From Barnesiella sp. (GTDB taxonomy: Bacteria; Bacteroidota; Bacteroidia; Bacteroidales; Barnesiellaceae_A), in assembly GCA_045645425.1 (NCBI GenBank), contig JAZRIS010000027.1, forward strand, positions 181 to 64,180: a stretch of DNA of 64,000 nucleotides, in the 5' to 3' direction. A program made the translations under genes and the position numbers. Position 1 is the first letter of the stretch, and each line of letters begins with the position of its first letter. The notes beneath the pieces are model-generated. The model saw only the letters and a program-made list of their open reading frames with translations, searched no databases and was not told the DNA's origin. Positions 1 through 9,242 of the stretch are shown here, piece by piece.

Positions 1-71
1 CCTTGCTATAAAAGCGCTTTGATAGCACAAATTGAATAGCCTATATACATTATATATATAGATCAAAGGGT

Positions 72-114
72 ATAAAATAAAAAGCGAACTCACTAATGAT
101 GATGTGAGCTCGCT
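72..114 (-). terminator. Rho-independent terminator downstream of the DUF3127-like gene
   Basis: Arms agcgaactcac (83-93) and gtgagctcgct (104-114). The single A.C mismatch on the plus strand becomes a U.G pair on the minus-strand RNA. On the minus strand the stem is followed by a T-rich run (plus-strand ataaaataaaa, 72-82). Confidence 0.55.
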
Positions 115-145
115 TGTATGGTAGTTTTTCTTGAAATAAAAAACA

Positions 146-514
146 TCAGAAGGGAAGATCGTCGTTGTTATCGACGGCTGTGGGGAAGGGAGGCATATCA
201 GCGACAGCCATAGGAGGCATGTCGGCGATGGGAGCCGCACTCTCGGCGATGGCTTTTTCGAGTTTCCAACCACGAATACTTGTAAACCAACGTCCATTGT
301 ACTCACGGCTTTCGATATCGAAGCTCAATACAACCTCATCACCAATTTCGGCACGATATTGGTCGGCTTTGTCGCCAAAGAGGTCGAAACATACTTTCTT
401 GGGGTATTGGTCTAAAGTTTCCAATACATATTCTTGTTTTTTCCAGGGGTTTCCTGCTTTTGACACGCCTTCTTGAAGGGGAAGTACATGTATAATTCTG
501 CCTTTGATTTCCAT
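146..514 (-). CDS. DUF3127-like small protein with an acidic, Pro-rich tail
   Basis: 122-aa ORF. The N-terminus MEIKGRIIHVLPLQEGVSKAGNPWKKQEYVLET..KKVCFDLFGDKA resembles the Bacteroidota DUF3127 family as I recall it. It has its own -7 box and terminator. Confidence 0.65.
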   Translation of the reverse strand: MEIKGRIIHVLPLQEGVSKAGNPWKKQEYVLETLDQYPKKVCFDLFGDKADQYRAEIGDEVVLSFDIESREYNGRWFTSIRGWKLEKAIAESAAPIADMPPMAVADMPPFPTAVDNNDDLPF

Positions 515-540
515 ATAAATAATTCTAATTTTAAGCGATG

Positions 541-548
541 CAAAGGTA
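541..548 (-). promoter_or_regulatory. Putative sigma-A -7 box TAccTTTG for the DUF3127-like gene
   Basis: Plus-strand caaaggta is the reverse complement of TACCTTTG, matching the Bacteroidota TAnnTTTG consensus. It lies 26 nt upstream of the ATG at 514. Confidence 0.5.
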
Positions 549-583
549 GTTATTTATTGCGAAGAATACAATGCGATGGAAAG

Positions 584-626
584 AAAAAAAATTTACGAGG
601 ATGCGCAATAACTTGACACATCCTCG
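584..626 (-). terminator. Hairpin terminator downstream of the HTH gene (T-tracts on both strands)
   Basis: Perfect 8-bp stem, cgaggatg (596-603) with catcctcg (619-626). An A-run at 584-591 gives the T-tract on the minus strand, and tataatttttt follows on the plus strand. Confidence 0.55.
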
Positions 627-654
627 TATAATTTTTTGACAGCCCGCGATATAA

Positions 655-912
655 TTATTCTTGGGTAGTTTCCTCAAGAATTTTTACTGCCATGTCGTAA
701 ATTGTTGTATCATCAAGGACTACAATTCCTCCATCGGGACCCGGCTCAATATGAATGCCACTATTTTTACCAAAAGCATAGTTGGTACCACCAAAATAGT
801 TACGAACTGTTTGAGGAGTTACATTCAACTCGTCGGCGATGCGGTGAATTGAGCCCTCGGGCAGGCTTGCCTTGATACGACGGAGCTCATTAAATGAAAT
901 TGTTTTGGTCAT
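655..912 (-). CDS. Small helix-turn-helix DNA-binding protein
   Basis: 85-aa ORF. SIHRIADELNVTPQTVRNYFGG is a typical HTH segment. Confidence 0.55.
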   Translation of the reverse strand: MTKTISFNELRRIKASLPEGSIHRIADELNVTPQTVRNYFGGTNYAFGKNSGIHIEPGPDGGIVVLDDTTIYDMAVKILEETTQE

Positions 913-978
913 GGTATTTACGATTTAAATTGTGATTCTGAATTTCGCAATAAATTTAGCACTACTTTGTGATAAATA

Positions 979-986
979 CAAATATA
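979..986 (-). promoter_or_regulatory. Putative -7 box TAtaTTTG for the HTH gene
   Basis: Plus-strand caaatata is the reverse complement of TATATTTG. It lies 66 nt upstream of the ATG at 912. Confidence 0.4.
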
Positions 987-1024
987 ATCGTGTGTTTTTT
1001 CAAAAAAAATTTAATTTTTTATTT

Positions 1025-1696
1025 TCAACAAAATGATACAACAAGCAAAATGACAAATAAAAGAGGTATATATGTAGCAAAATAACGAGCATAAACCTCT
1101 CTTCTATAAGGTATTTGTTGTTGTGAGATTATATTTTTGCCGAACAAATAGAGTCGTAAGCGACAATAGAGCCAATAGATGAAGCAACCGATGAATGCGC
1201 CCACCATGGCACCTACCAAGACATCGCCGGGGAAATGCACGGCGAGATATATGCGCGAGTAGCTTGTGAAGGCAGCCCACATGGCAATAGCCCACGAAAA
1301 AGCACGATTGCGAAAGAGAAGAGCCAAGAAAACAGCGACACCAACCGAGTTGGCAGCATGGCTTGATATAAAACCATATAATCCGCAGCGATAATTATCG
1401 ACAAGGATGACCGATATGGATGGGTCGTGAGAGGGGCGCAATCGCATAAAGAGCGGTTTGAAAAGAGAAGAAGCAATCTGGTCGCAAAGAGTTACAACGA
1501 GAGCAACCGAGAGGACAAGGATGAGAGCTTCGAGCGCCTTGCGCTGATGAGCCAATATGCAGAGCAATGGTATGACCATAAAGATGTTGAGGGTACGCGA
1601 TGTTACCATCATAAAGAAATCGTCGAGCCAAGGGTAATGGAGCGAGTTGCACCATAGCAAAAGCTCTTTGTCGAGCGTTATCAACCAATCGAGCAT
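1025..1696 (-). CDS. PAP2-family membrane phosphatase
   Basis: 223-aa polytopic ORF with the three PAP2 motifs: KPLFMRLRP (KxxxxxxRP), SSHAANS (SxH) and SRIYLAVHFPGDV (SRxxxxxHxxxD). Confidence 0.8.
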   Translation of the reverse strand: MLDWLITLDKELLLWCNSLHYPWLDDFFMMVTSRTLNIFMVIPLLCILAHQRKALEALILVLSVALVVTLCDQIASSLFKPLFMRLRPSHDPSISVILVDNYRCGLYGFISSHAANSVGVAVFLALLFRNRAFSWAIAMWAAFTSYSRIYLAVHFPGDVLVGAMVGAFIGCFIYWLYCRLRLYLFGKNIISQQQIPYRREVYARYFATYIPLLFVILLVVSFC

Positions 1697-1760
1697 AAAA
1701 AAAAGAATGTGATGAATATTATTATATAATGTGATGAGTCGTTGATGGAGGCGTGTTGTA

Positions 1761-2516
1761 TCATATAACTTGTATCGTAGAGAGAGGCATCCAACCCCTA
1801 CTTCCGTCCGATATGGTTATCTCTACCCACTCGCCTACTTGCTCACGGAGTGTCACCTTGGTGCCCTCGTGGAGTATAAAAAGCTCGGTACCACTCTCGG
1901 CCGGAGCACTTTTAACAGCAACTTCGGGAGCAAATACGATAGCCTCATCATGAGCATTGAACCTATTATTTTGCGAGATAGCACAAGCAAGGGCAATAGC
2001 CGTGATAGCCAACATGGGCAAAGCAATGAAGAAACCGGCTTTTTTGAGTCGCATGCGTTGAGAGTCGGTATAAAGGTATATAACCAATCCCACCATAAAG
2101 AGCAAGAAAGAGATGACCGCCACAACAGCCCAAGTATTGGAATTGAACCAATCGCGAACATGCTGCGCCCAAACATTAATAAAGAAAGTACCTGTAACTT
2201 CAATTTTGTCGGTAATCTTTGTATTGGCCAAGGCAAGATTGTACTTAACGTCGGGATTGCCGGGCGAAAGCAACAAAGCACGCTCATAGTTGAGAATGGC
2301 AGGAGCATACTTACCCATCTTGTAGTATGCGTTACCCCTATTGAAATATAGTTCGGGCGAAGTACCCTCTGCCACCTCGATGCTATCATAGAGAGCGACA
2401 GCATCGGCATAACGCTGGGCATTATATACAGCACCGGCACGCTCAAAAGGAGTTTGAGCCGATGCGGCAAGAGCTATAAAGCAAAAAGCAAAGAGTGATG
2501 CGATATATCGTTTCAT
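1761..2516 (-). CDS. batE: BatE-like TPR plus SH3-like membrane protein (last gene of the Bat operon)
   Basis: I place the start at MKRYIASLFAFCFIALAASAQ (ATG at 2516, 7 nt after the batD stop). It has a TPR segment (YFNRGNAYYKMGKYAPAILNYERALLLSP), a TM helix and a C-terminal SH3-like VTLREQVGEWVEITISDGSRGWMP. The longer 302-aa reading would overlap batD. Confidence 0.7.
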   Translation of the reverse strand: MKRYIASLFAFCFIALAASAQTPFERAGAVYNAQRYADAVALYDSIEVAEGTSPELYFNRGNAYYKMGKYAPAILNYERALLLSPGNPDVKYNLALANTKITDKIEVTGTFFINVWAQHVRDWFNSNTWAVVAVISFLLFMVGLVIYLYTDSQRMRLKKAGFFIALPMLAITAIALACAISQNNRFNAHDEAIVFAPEVAVKSAPAESGTELFILHEGTKVTLREQVGEWVEITISDGSRGWMPLSTIQVI

Positions 2517-2523
2517 GTTATTC

Positions 2524-4338
2524 TTATTTTTTGACAGTCTTAATGATAACCTCCATCTCGCCAATGGCATCGATAGTTTCCTGATAAAGTTGCTCCATAG
2601 CATCATCTTGTTGAGCCGGTGCATATCGGGCAAACTCACAGCGGTCGAGAATTTGAGTAAATCGCACAATCAACTCATCATTGATACCACAACGAGCCAA
2701 CTCGGCTTGAACATTGTCACGCGAAAGCGCCGAGAGTTGCATATTGAGCTTGTCACACAAATATCCCCAAAGGGCACGCAACACCTCTTCATAAAACAGA
2801 GCTTCGCGGCGTTCTTTGAGGTAAACGCCCGCTTGTTTGAGTCGTCGAAGCGCCACTTTGTTGGCCTTGCGGTTGCGATTGACGGCAATATCGGCATTGG
2901 CAGCCGCATAGATATTGGAGGCTATTGCATAAATAATGAGCATGAGTATAGGCAAGATATACCAGAGCCAATATGTCCAACTATCGACATAGGCACGGCG
3001 AGAGTGCAACAAAGCACTTGTCGAACTCTTGATGTGACGAATATCGGCATTGAGCAATCGCACATCGTCCTTGTTGCTGAAATTGCTCACCGAGGTAGCC
3101 TCAACATCATCGCCCTTGCTCACTTCAACGACAAACTCGGGCGAGCTAATCGTTTTGTAAGCCTTGGCTTGAGGGTTGAAATATGCAATCTCAATGGGAG
3201 GAATGGTAAATGTGCCGGCATAACGAGGAATGATGGTGTACTCAATGACACGCTTGCCCGACACGCCCGAAGCACCCGAATGAATATCGAGATTGACTTG
3301 CGGGTCGTATGCCTCAAACTCGGAGGGGAAAACAATATTGGGGTTTTGCATCAACTGCAAATTGCCCTTACCGCTGATAGTGAGCGTAAGCGTAAGAGCC
3401 TCATTGGCCTTAATCTCATTGGTCGATAATTGAGCCGAGAGCTTAAAGTCGCCCACTCCACCGGTAAAATTGAGCGGTTTGTCTTGAGGTAAAGCCTTAA
3501 CATTGACTTCGACCGAGGGAGTAATGATATTTTTGCTAACGACATCGTAGTATGGTTGTCCAAAGAAATTGACACCCTGCACCTCATATACATCCACTTC
3601 GCTACTGCCACCATTTATCTTTATCTCGCCCGCTTGTTGGGGGAAAAGCAAGACACGTCGCAAGGTAGCAGTCTTGTAGTTGCGGTCGTTATATCGTTCG
3701 ATATCCCATTGATTGGACTCCGGCACATCGAGCTCCTGTGCGGCAAATCCCTCAAATGTAGGGAGAGTAACCTTGGTAAAATTGAGTTGAGGAGCAAGTG
3801 TATATACCTTGAGGGTAGCCAGAATAGCCTCTTGCTCATAGACCGATGTGCGCGAGAGGAGCAATCGGGTAAAAGTTTCGGTACTATTGCCCGAAGAAAC
3901 GACTGCACTTTGAGAGCGAGAACGAGGGTCGGCATTGGTTGCAGAGTTGGCATCATCGCTCTTCAAGACAATGAGCGTGAGAGGCTTGGTTTTGTACGTT
4001 TTGCCGTCGATAGAGAGAGTAGCCGGCTCAATTTCATGAGTACCCTCCTCATTGGCACGCAAAGTAACGACAATAGCATTGGATACCGTACGCGACACAT
4101 TGCCATTTATGATACTGACACTTGTGCCACGCGAAGTGCCACGAAACAATTCGGTACAACCCTTGAATTGAGGGAGTGTGACATCACCTTTGTCGGTACC
4201 TGTCACAACATATTCGAGTTGGAATTGCTGTCCTTGTACCACTTTGTTGCGACCTTTCCACTCGAAAGTTATATCATCGGCACAAGCCACGATAGCAATA
4301 AAGAGGATTGTATATAATAATGAGAGTCGTTTCTTCAT
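2524..4338 (-). CDS. batD: BatD-like oxygen-tolerance protein
   Basis: 604-aa ORF with a signal peptide, a large extracytoplasmic region, a C-terminal TM helix and a helical tail. Its operon position is between batC and batE. Confidence 0.7.
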   Translation of the reverse strand: MKKRLSLLYTILFIAIVACADDITFEWKGRNKVVQGQQFQLEYVVTGTDKGDVTLPQFKGCTELFRGTSRGTSVSIINGNVSRTVSNAIVVTLRANEEGTHEIEPATLSIDGKTYKTKPLTLIVLKSDDANSATNADPRSRSQSAVVSSGNSTETFTRLLLSRTSVYEQEAILATLKVYTLAPQLNFTKVTLPTFEGFAAQELDVPESNQWDIERYNDRNYKTATLRRVLLFPQQAGEIKINGGSSEVDVYEVQGVNFFGQPYYDVVSKNIITPSVEVNVKALPQDKPLNFTGGVGDFKLSAQLSTNEIKANEALTLTLTISGKGNLQLMQNPNIVFPSEFEAYDPQVNLDIHSGASGVSGKRVIEYTIIPRYAGTFTIPPIEIAYFNPQAKAYKTISSPEFVVEVSKGDDVEATSVSNFSNKDDVRLLNADIRHIKSSTSALLHSRRAYVDSWTYWLWYILPILMLIIYAIASNIYAAANADIAVNRNRKANKVALRRLKQAGVYLKERREALFYEEVLRALWGYLCDKLNMQLSALSRDNVQAELARCGINDELIVRFTQILDRCEFARYAPAQQDDAMEQLYQETIDAIGEMEVIIKTVKK

Positions 4339-4378
4339 ATAAAATTTCTCTTATAGGCTAATAATGCAGGGTGCAAAG

Positions 4379-5212
4379 TTACCATTCTTTTTCGACTTTG
4401 CGACGATTTTGTTGTTGTTTGAGGTGTTGTTGCACACGTTCTTGCGCATCGCGTTCGTTTTGTTGCAGTGCATCGAGTATTTGTTGTGCATTTTCTTTGG
4501 TCATACCACTTTGTTGCTGTTGTTGCTCCTGTGGTTGTTCCTGCTTGTCCTTTTGCTCTTGAGGAGGCTGTTGCTGCTCTTGTTGTTGTTGCTCCTGCTC
4601 CTGTTGTTGCTGTTCTTGGTCTTGCTGTTGCTCTTGTTGTTGTTGCTGTTGTTGTTGGAGCAACTTTTGAGCCAGACGCAAGTTGTAGCGAGTATCGGCA
4701 TCGGAGGGATTTAGACGCAACGCATTCTTGTAGGCTTCAATAGCCTCGCCATATTGTTGTTTCTGCATAGAGACATTGCCCATGTTGTGATGCGCTTGCG
4801 CAAGCAACTCCTTGTCGTCGGTCATGTGAGTAGCATTTTCAAAACATTTGGCAGCTTCGTCATATTTCTCTTGGCGATATAGAGAGTTGCCCAAATTGTA
4901 TGCTGCGGCAGCCGATTCGCTATCAAAATTGAGCGCTTTGCGGTATTCAATCTCGCTCTCCAAGTATTTCTTGTCTTGATAATCCTTGTTACCACTGCGC
5001 AAGCTGTTGCGTGACGATTTGGGGCTACGCTTGGTAGCAGGCGCATCGGTCGATTGAGCAGCATCGTCTTGTTGAGAGGCCTCTTGTTGCTGAGAGGCCA
5101 TTTTCATGGCTTGCTCTCTGTGTTGCTCGGCCATAGAGTTGTTGCTCTGTGCCACCATGGCATTGGAGGCAATAAGAAGCGTTGCAGCAAGTATGTATTT
5201 TATGTAATTCAT
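4379..5212 (-). CDS. batC: BatC-like TPR protein with a long Gln/Glu-rich tract
   Basis: Start at MNYIKYILAATLLIASNAMVAQ (ATG at 5212). It contains TPR repeats (AAAYNLGNSLYRQEKYDEAAKCFENA and HHNMGNVSMQKQQYGEAIEAYKNALRLNP), followed by [35 protein letters not shown]. Confidence 0.7.
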   Translation of the reverse strand: MNYIKYILAATLLIASNAMVAQSNNSMAEQHREQAMKMASQQQEASQQDDAAQSTDAPATKRSPKSSRNSLRSGNKDYQDKKYLESEIEYRKALNFDSESAAAAYNLGNSLYRQEKYDEAAKCFENATHMTDDKELLAQAHHNMGNVSMQKQQYGEAIEAYKNALRLNPSDADTRYNLRLAQKLLQQQQQQQQEQQQDQEQQQQEQEQQQQEQQQPPQEQKDKQEQPQEQQQQQSGMTKENAQQILDALQQNERDAQERVQQHLKQQQNRRKVEKEW

Positions 5213-5228
5213 CTTGTTAAAGGCTGTT

Positions 5229-6260
5229 TTACTTGTTCTTGGTAAAGAAATTGACACGGCTTATCCATCCATATTTGCGCTCAAGCAAGCAAGCATCGAT
5301 AAGTAGCACAACGAGCAGTATCCAAGCCAATCCGGGGAATTGTTCGTTGTACTCGGAGTAAGTTTTACGTTCAAATTCGGCCGACTTCATCGTACGCACC
5401 TCGTTGATGAGCGCCTGCAATGCACCATTTGTATTATCGGCACGCACATAAAGGCCTTGACCGGCTTTTGCCACCTCTTGTGCCATTGCCTCATTGAGCT
5501 TGGTGATGACGGTTTTACCTTCGGCATCTTTCATAAAGTTGTTGGAGCTGCCCGATATGGGAATAGGTGCACCCTTGGCAGAGCCAATACCTACGACATT
5601 GACTTTAACGCCCTTCTCGTTGGCCATTTTGGCCGCCTCAACCGCATCATCCTCATGGTTCTCGCCATCGGTAATAACAATGATAGCCTGCTCGGCAGTG
5701 CTTTCGGGCGAGAAAGAGTTCATCGCAATATTGATAGCACGACCGATGGCAGTACCCTGTGTAGGCACCATATTGGTATTGATAGAGTTGAGAAACATCT
5801 TGGCCGACACATAGTCGGTAGTAATGGGGAGTTGCGTGTAGGCATCTCCTGCAAATACCACAAGACCCACCTTGTCATTTTCGAGATCATCGACCAATTT
5901 TGAAAGCATCATCTTGGCTTTATCAAGACGCGAGGGGTTGATATCGCGCGCCAGCATAGAGTTAGACACGTCGAGAGCAATCATAATCTCAACACCCTCG
6001 GTTTTGACAGTTTGCAATTTGGTGCCAAATTGCGGGCGAGCCAAAATGAAAACAATCAAGACAAAAGCCAACGACTGCAAAATCATCTTGACCAACGGTC
6101 TCCAACGCGAAACATCGGGCGCCAATAGAGAGAGGAAATGAGTATTGCCAAAAGCAGCCAAATTGCGACGGCGACGATGCCGGGCATAGAGGTACAATGC
6201 CCACATGAGCGGGACAAAAAGCAATAAATATAGGAATAGAGGTTGTGCAAAACGGAACAT
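5229..6260 (-). CDS. batB: BatB-like von Willebrand factor A membrane protein
   Basis: 343 aa, with two N-terminal TM helices and a VWA MIDAS region (IALDVSNSM ... IIVITDGENH). The operon context fits. Confidence 0.8.
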   Translation of the reverse strand: MFRFAQPLFLYLLLFVPLMWALYLYARHRRRRNLAAFGNTHFLSLLAPDVSRWRPLVKMILQSLAFVLIVFILARPQFGTKLQTVKTEGVEIMIALDVSNSMLARDINPSRLDKAKMMLSKLVDDLENDKVGLVVFAGDAYTQLPITTDYVSAKMFLNSINTNMVPTQGTAIGRAINIAMNSFSPESTAEQAIIVITDGENHEDDAVEAAKMANEKGVKVNVVGIGSAKGAPIPISGSSNNFMKDAEGKTVITKLNEAMAQEVAKAGQGLYVRADNTNGALQALINEVRTMKSAEFERKTYSEYNEQFPGLAWILLVVLLIDACLLERKYGWISRVNFFTKNK

Positions 6261-6291
6261 ATCGTGTTATCCTTTCACTATAATTGAACGA

Positions 6292-7275
6292 TTATGGGAT
6301 ATTGCGCAAAAGCGTATATCGCAAGAGAATCTCAACAGCCAACAAGAAGATAGCCGCCAAAGCCCACGGCATATAAGCCTCTTCACGTCGAGAGAATTGT
6401 TGCACCGAAAGTTTGGTCTTTTCCATGCGGTCGATTTCGGCAAAAACATTTTTGAGCACATTCTCGTCGGTGGCTCTGAAATATTGTCCATCGCCAATGG
6501 AGGCAATACGACGCAACTTATCTTCATCAATCTCAACAGGCATACTTTGGTAACGGATGCCATAGGGAGTCATTACCGGCGATGGAGCCATACCCTTGGT
6601 ACCAACACCGATAGTGTAAATGCGAATACCAAAATTGCGGGCAATCTCGGCTGCGGTTATAGGATCGACAACACCGGCATTATTGGTACCATCGGTGAGC
6701 AGAATTATTGTCTTTGACTTGGCGGGTCCATCTTTGATACGATTGACAGCAGTAGCCAATCCATCGCCCACAGCAGTACCATCGTTGAGCATACCACACT
6801 CTACATCTTTGAGCAGATTGAGTAAGACGGCATGGTCGGTAGTCATAGGACACATCGTAAAGCCTTCACCTGCAAATATCACCAGACCTATATTATCAAA
6901 CTCGCGACCGGCAATAAATTGAGCGGCAACATTCTTGGCAGCTTCCAGACGATTGGGCGAAAAGTCGCGCGAGAGCATACTGCCCGAGATGTCGAGAGCG
7001 ACAACAACATCGACACCTTCGGTCGATGACTTTTGCCAGCTATCGGTAGTCATGGGACGAGCCAAGATAACAATAACACAAGCCACAACCAACATGCGCA
7101 ATGCAAAGACGACGTGGCGCAAGTGAGCCTTGTAGGTGCGTGGCAACTTGTCGAAAGCCTCGGTCGATGAAATATCCATTGAGGCTTGAGCCTTCTTGTG
7201 CTTGAGTATGTACCATACTATTGCCGGGATGAGCAATAATAAGAGCAACAAATACCAAGGATTATCGAATATCAT
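6292..7275 (-). CDS. batA: BatA-like von Willebrand factor A membrane protein
   Basis: 327 aa with N- and C-terminal TM helices and a VWA MIDAS region (VALDISGSM ... IILLTDGTNN). Confidence 0.8.
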   Translation of the reverse strand: MIFDNPWYLLLLLLLIPAIVWYILKHKKAQASMDISSTEAFDKLPRTYKAHLRHVVFALRMLVVACVIVILARPMTTDSWQKSSTEGVDVVVALDISGSMLSRDFSPNRLEAAKNVAAQFIAGREFDNIGLVIFAGEGFTMCPMTTDHAVLLNLLKDVECGMLNDGTAVGDGLATAVNRIKDGPAKSKTIILLTDGTNNAGVVDPITAAEIARNFGIRIYTIGVGTKGMAPSPVMTPYGIRYQSMPVEIDEDKLRRIASIGDGQYFRATDENVLKNVFAEIDRMEKTKLSVQQFSRREEAYMPWALAAIFLLAVEILLRYTLLRNIP

Positions 7276-7330
7276 TTGAAACTATCTTTTTGTGTAGGGT
7301 TGAGCGAGGTGTGAGCCTCTATAATCCATT

Positions 7331-8326
7331 CTATTTTTCAACATTTTTTGTCACATCGGCATCATCGGTCAAGGCCTCTTCTTGCGGACGTGTAAGTTCG
7401 ACAAAGTCAAATGCACGACGCATCACTTTCTCATTGTCATCGGGCAAAGGTCGCATCTTGGCAAACTTGACAAAATCGGCCATCGAGAGTATCTCGTTGA
7501 GGTACTTGTTGCCCTCTTTTGTTTCCTTGTTGCGATGCAATGCCGCCAATATTTGCGACGAAGTCATTTCCATAGCGTTGATGTCAAAACGGCTGTCGAT
7601 ATATTGGCGCAAAATATCTACCAAGCGGGTATAATATTGTTTCTCTTGACCTTGTTGCCACAATTTCGACTCGCGCAACTGTTGCAACTCCTGCATAGCC
7701 AGCTCGTAAGGCGGGATGCGCACTTCGGGAGCAACTACACCCTCGACCTTGCGTTCCTTGTATCGTTTGACAATCCAATAAGCCACAGCAACTATCAGTA
7801 TCAAAGAGATAATGACAATCAAGAGCCAAGAAGGGACAAAATCCCATAAAACGAAGGGAGGTTGAGCAACGTCCTTTATATCTTTGACATCGATGGCAGT
7901 AGCCTCGGCCGGTATATCTACGGGCACTATTTTGAGGCTCAAAGACTCGGTTGCAAAGGTATCATCATCGAGTATATACTTAAATGGCGGTATATAATAG
8001 AAGCCCGAATCAAAGGAGGTAATAAGCACCTCTTGTTTTATTTGCAGACGATTGTTTTTAAGGGCAATGGTATCGGGCAGCGACAAATCGACCACCTCAA
8101 CACCTTTAACAAGCTCGCCGGACACCTCAATTTGAGGAGGAAGTATCGACACGCCCTCGTCTTGGGTAAGAGAGAGATGAATAAGAGTCTGCTCACCCAT
8201 CCACAAGACAGAAGAATCCATTTGAGCCTCAACAACCACAGTCTGTTGCGCACGAGCAGTCGTGAGCAACGACAATGTAAATGTGAGTAAAATAAGGATA
8301 ATGTTTCTCATAACATATAATTGCAT
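7331..8326 (-). CDS. Bat-operon membrane protein (BatD-like N-terminal domain, one TM helix, helical cytoplasmic tail)
   Basis: 331-aa ORF. The signal-like N-terminus is MRNIILILLTFTLSLLTTARAQ, so the true start may be 8311. A central TM helix is WLLIVIISLILIVAVAYWIV. It sits between the DUF58 gene and batA. Confidence 0.5.
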   Translation of the reverse strand: MQLYVMRNIILILLTFTLSLLTTARAQQTVVVEAQMDSSVLWMGEQTLIHLSLTQDEGVSILPPQIEVSGELVKGVEVVDLSLPDTIALKNNRLQIKQEVLITSFDSGFYYIPPFKYILDDDTFATESLSLKIVPVDIPAEATAIDVKDIKDVAQPPFVLWDFVPSWLLIVIISLILIVAVAYWIVKRYKERKVEGVVAPEVRIPPYELAMQELQQLRESKLWQQGQEKQYYTRLVDILRQYIDSRFDINAMEMTSSQILAALHRNKETKEGNKYLNEILSMADFVKFAKMRPLPDDNEKVMRRAFDFVELTRPQEEALTDDADVTKNVEK

Positions 8327-8332
8327 TTATAC

Positions 8333-9211
8333 TCAACCACGCTTTTTGAACAAATTCATCAAGGCAACAACATAGTCCTCGTCGGTAGCTACCGAGGTAA
8401 TATCGACACCATTGCGACGACAAATCTCCAAAGCCGAGGCTTGTCTTTTGAGCCACCATTGCTTATAGGTCTCACGCACAGTATGCGAGGAGGTGTCAAT
8501 CCACTCTTCGGTATTACGCTCTACATCTCTCATCTTTATCAAGCCCACATCGGGCAACTCCGTCTCGCGCTTGTCATACACCTGCAACGCAACGACATCG
8601 TGACGACGGTTGGCAATGAGCATGGCATCGTTGTAGGAAGCCGGAGCGATAAAATCGGAAATAAGAAATGCAGTACAACGTCGTTTGATAACGTTGGTAG
8701 CATACTCAAGAGCCAACTTGAGGTCGGTAGCAGTACCTTGCGGCTCAAAGCCTATCAACTCACGAATGATATATAGAATGTGCTTTTTTCCCTTCTTGGG
8801 CGGTATAAATTTCTCAATTCTATCGGTAAAGAAGAGCACCCCAATCTTGTCATTGTTCTGTATGGCCGAAAAAGCGAGGGTAGCCGCAATCTCAATCATC
8901 ATATTGCGTTTGAGGTCACCCACAGCACCAAAATTGCGACTTGCCGACATATCGACAAGCAGCATCACAGTGAGCTCGCGTTCCTCTTCAAAGACCTTGA
9001 TATAGGGCTTGTTGTGACGCGCTGTCACATTCCAATCAATATCACGCACATCATCGCCATACTGATACTCGCGCACCTCCGAGAAAGCCATACCACGACC
9101 TTTGAAGGCCGAGTGGTACTGACCGGCAAAGATATTGCGTGAAAGACCACGCGTCTTTATCTCTATGTGGCGTACTTTTTTGAGCAATTCGCTATTTTCC
9201 ATACACTGCAT
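8333..9211 (-). CDS. DUF58 protein (MoxR partner, VWA-like)
   Basis: 292 aa. The segment GQYHSAFKGRGMAFSEVREYQYGDDVRDIDWNVTAR is the characteristic DUF58 signature. The gene is immediately downstream of moxR. Confidence 0.8.
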   Translation of the reverse strand: MQCMENSELLKKVRHIEIKTRGLSRNIFAGQYHSAFKGRGMAFSEVREYQYGDDVRDIDWNVTARHNKPYIKVFEEERELTVMLLVDMSASRNFGAVGDLKRNMMIEIAATLAFSAIQNNDKIGVLFFTDRIEKFIPPKKGKKHILYIIRELIGFEPQGTATDLKLALEYATNVIKRRCTAFLISDFIAPASYNDAMLIANRRHDVVALQVYDKRETELPDVGLIKMRDVERNTEEWIDTSSHTVRETYKQWWLKRQASALEICRRNGVDITSVATDEDYVVALMNLFKKRG

Positions 9212-9242
9212 TCAGTATGATTAACGATTGAGGGATATACTA

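Noticed and set aside
4364-4714. Poly-Leu and poly-Cys ORFs on the plus strand (4364..4714, 4371..4562, 4468..4743).
   Set aside because: They are the reverse-complement reading of the CAA/CAG/GAG repeat that encodes the BatC Gln/Glu tract.
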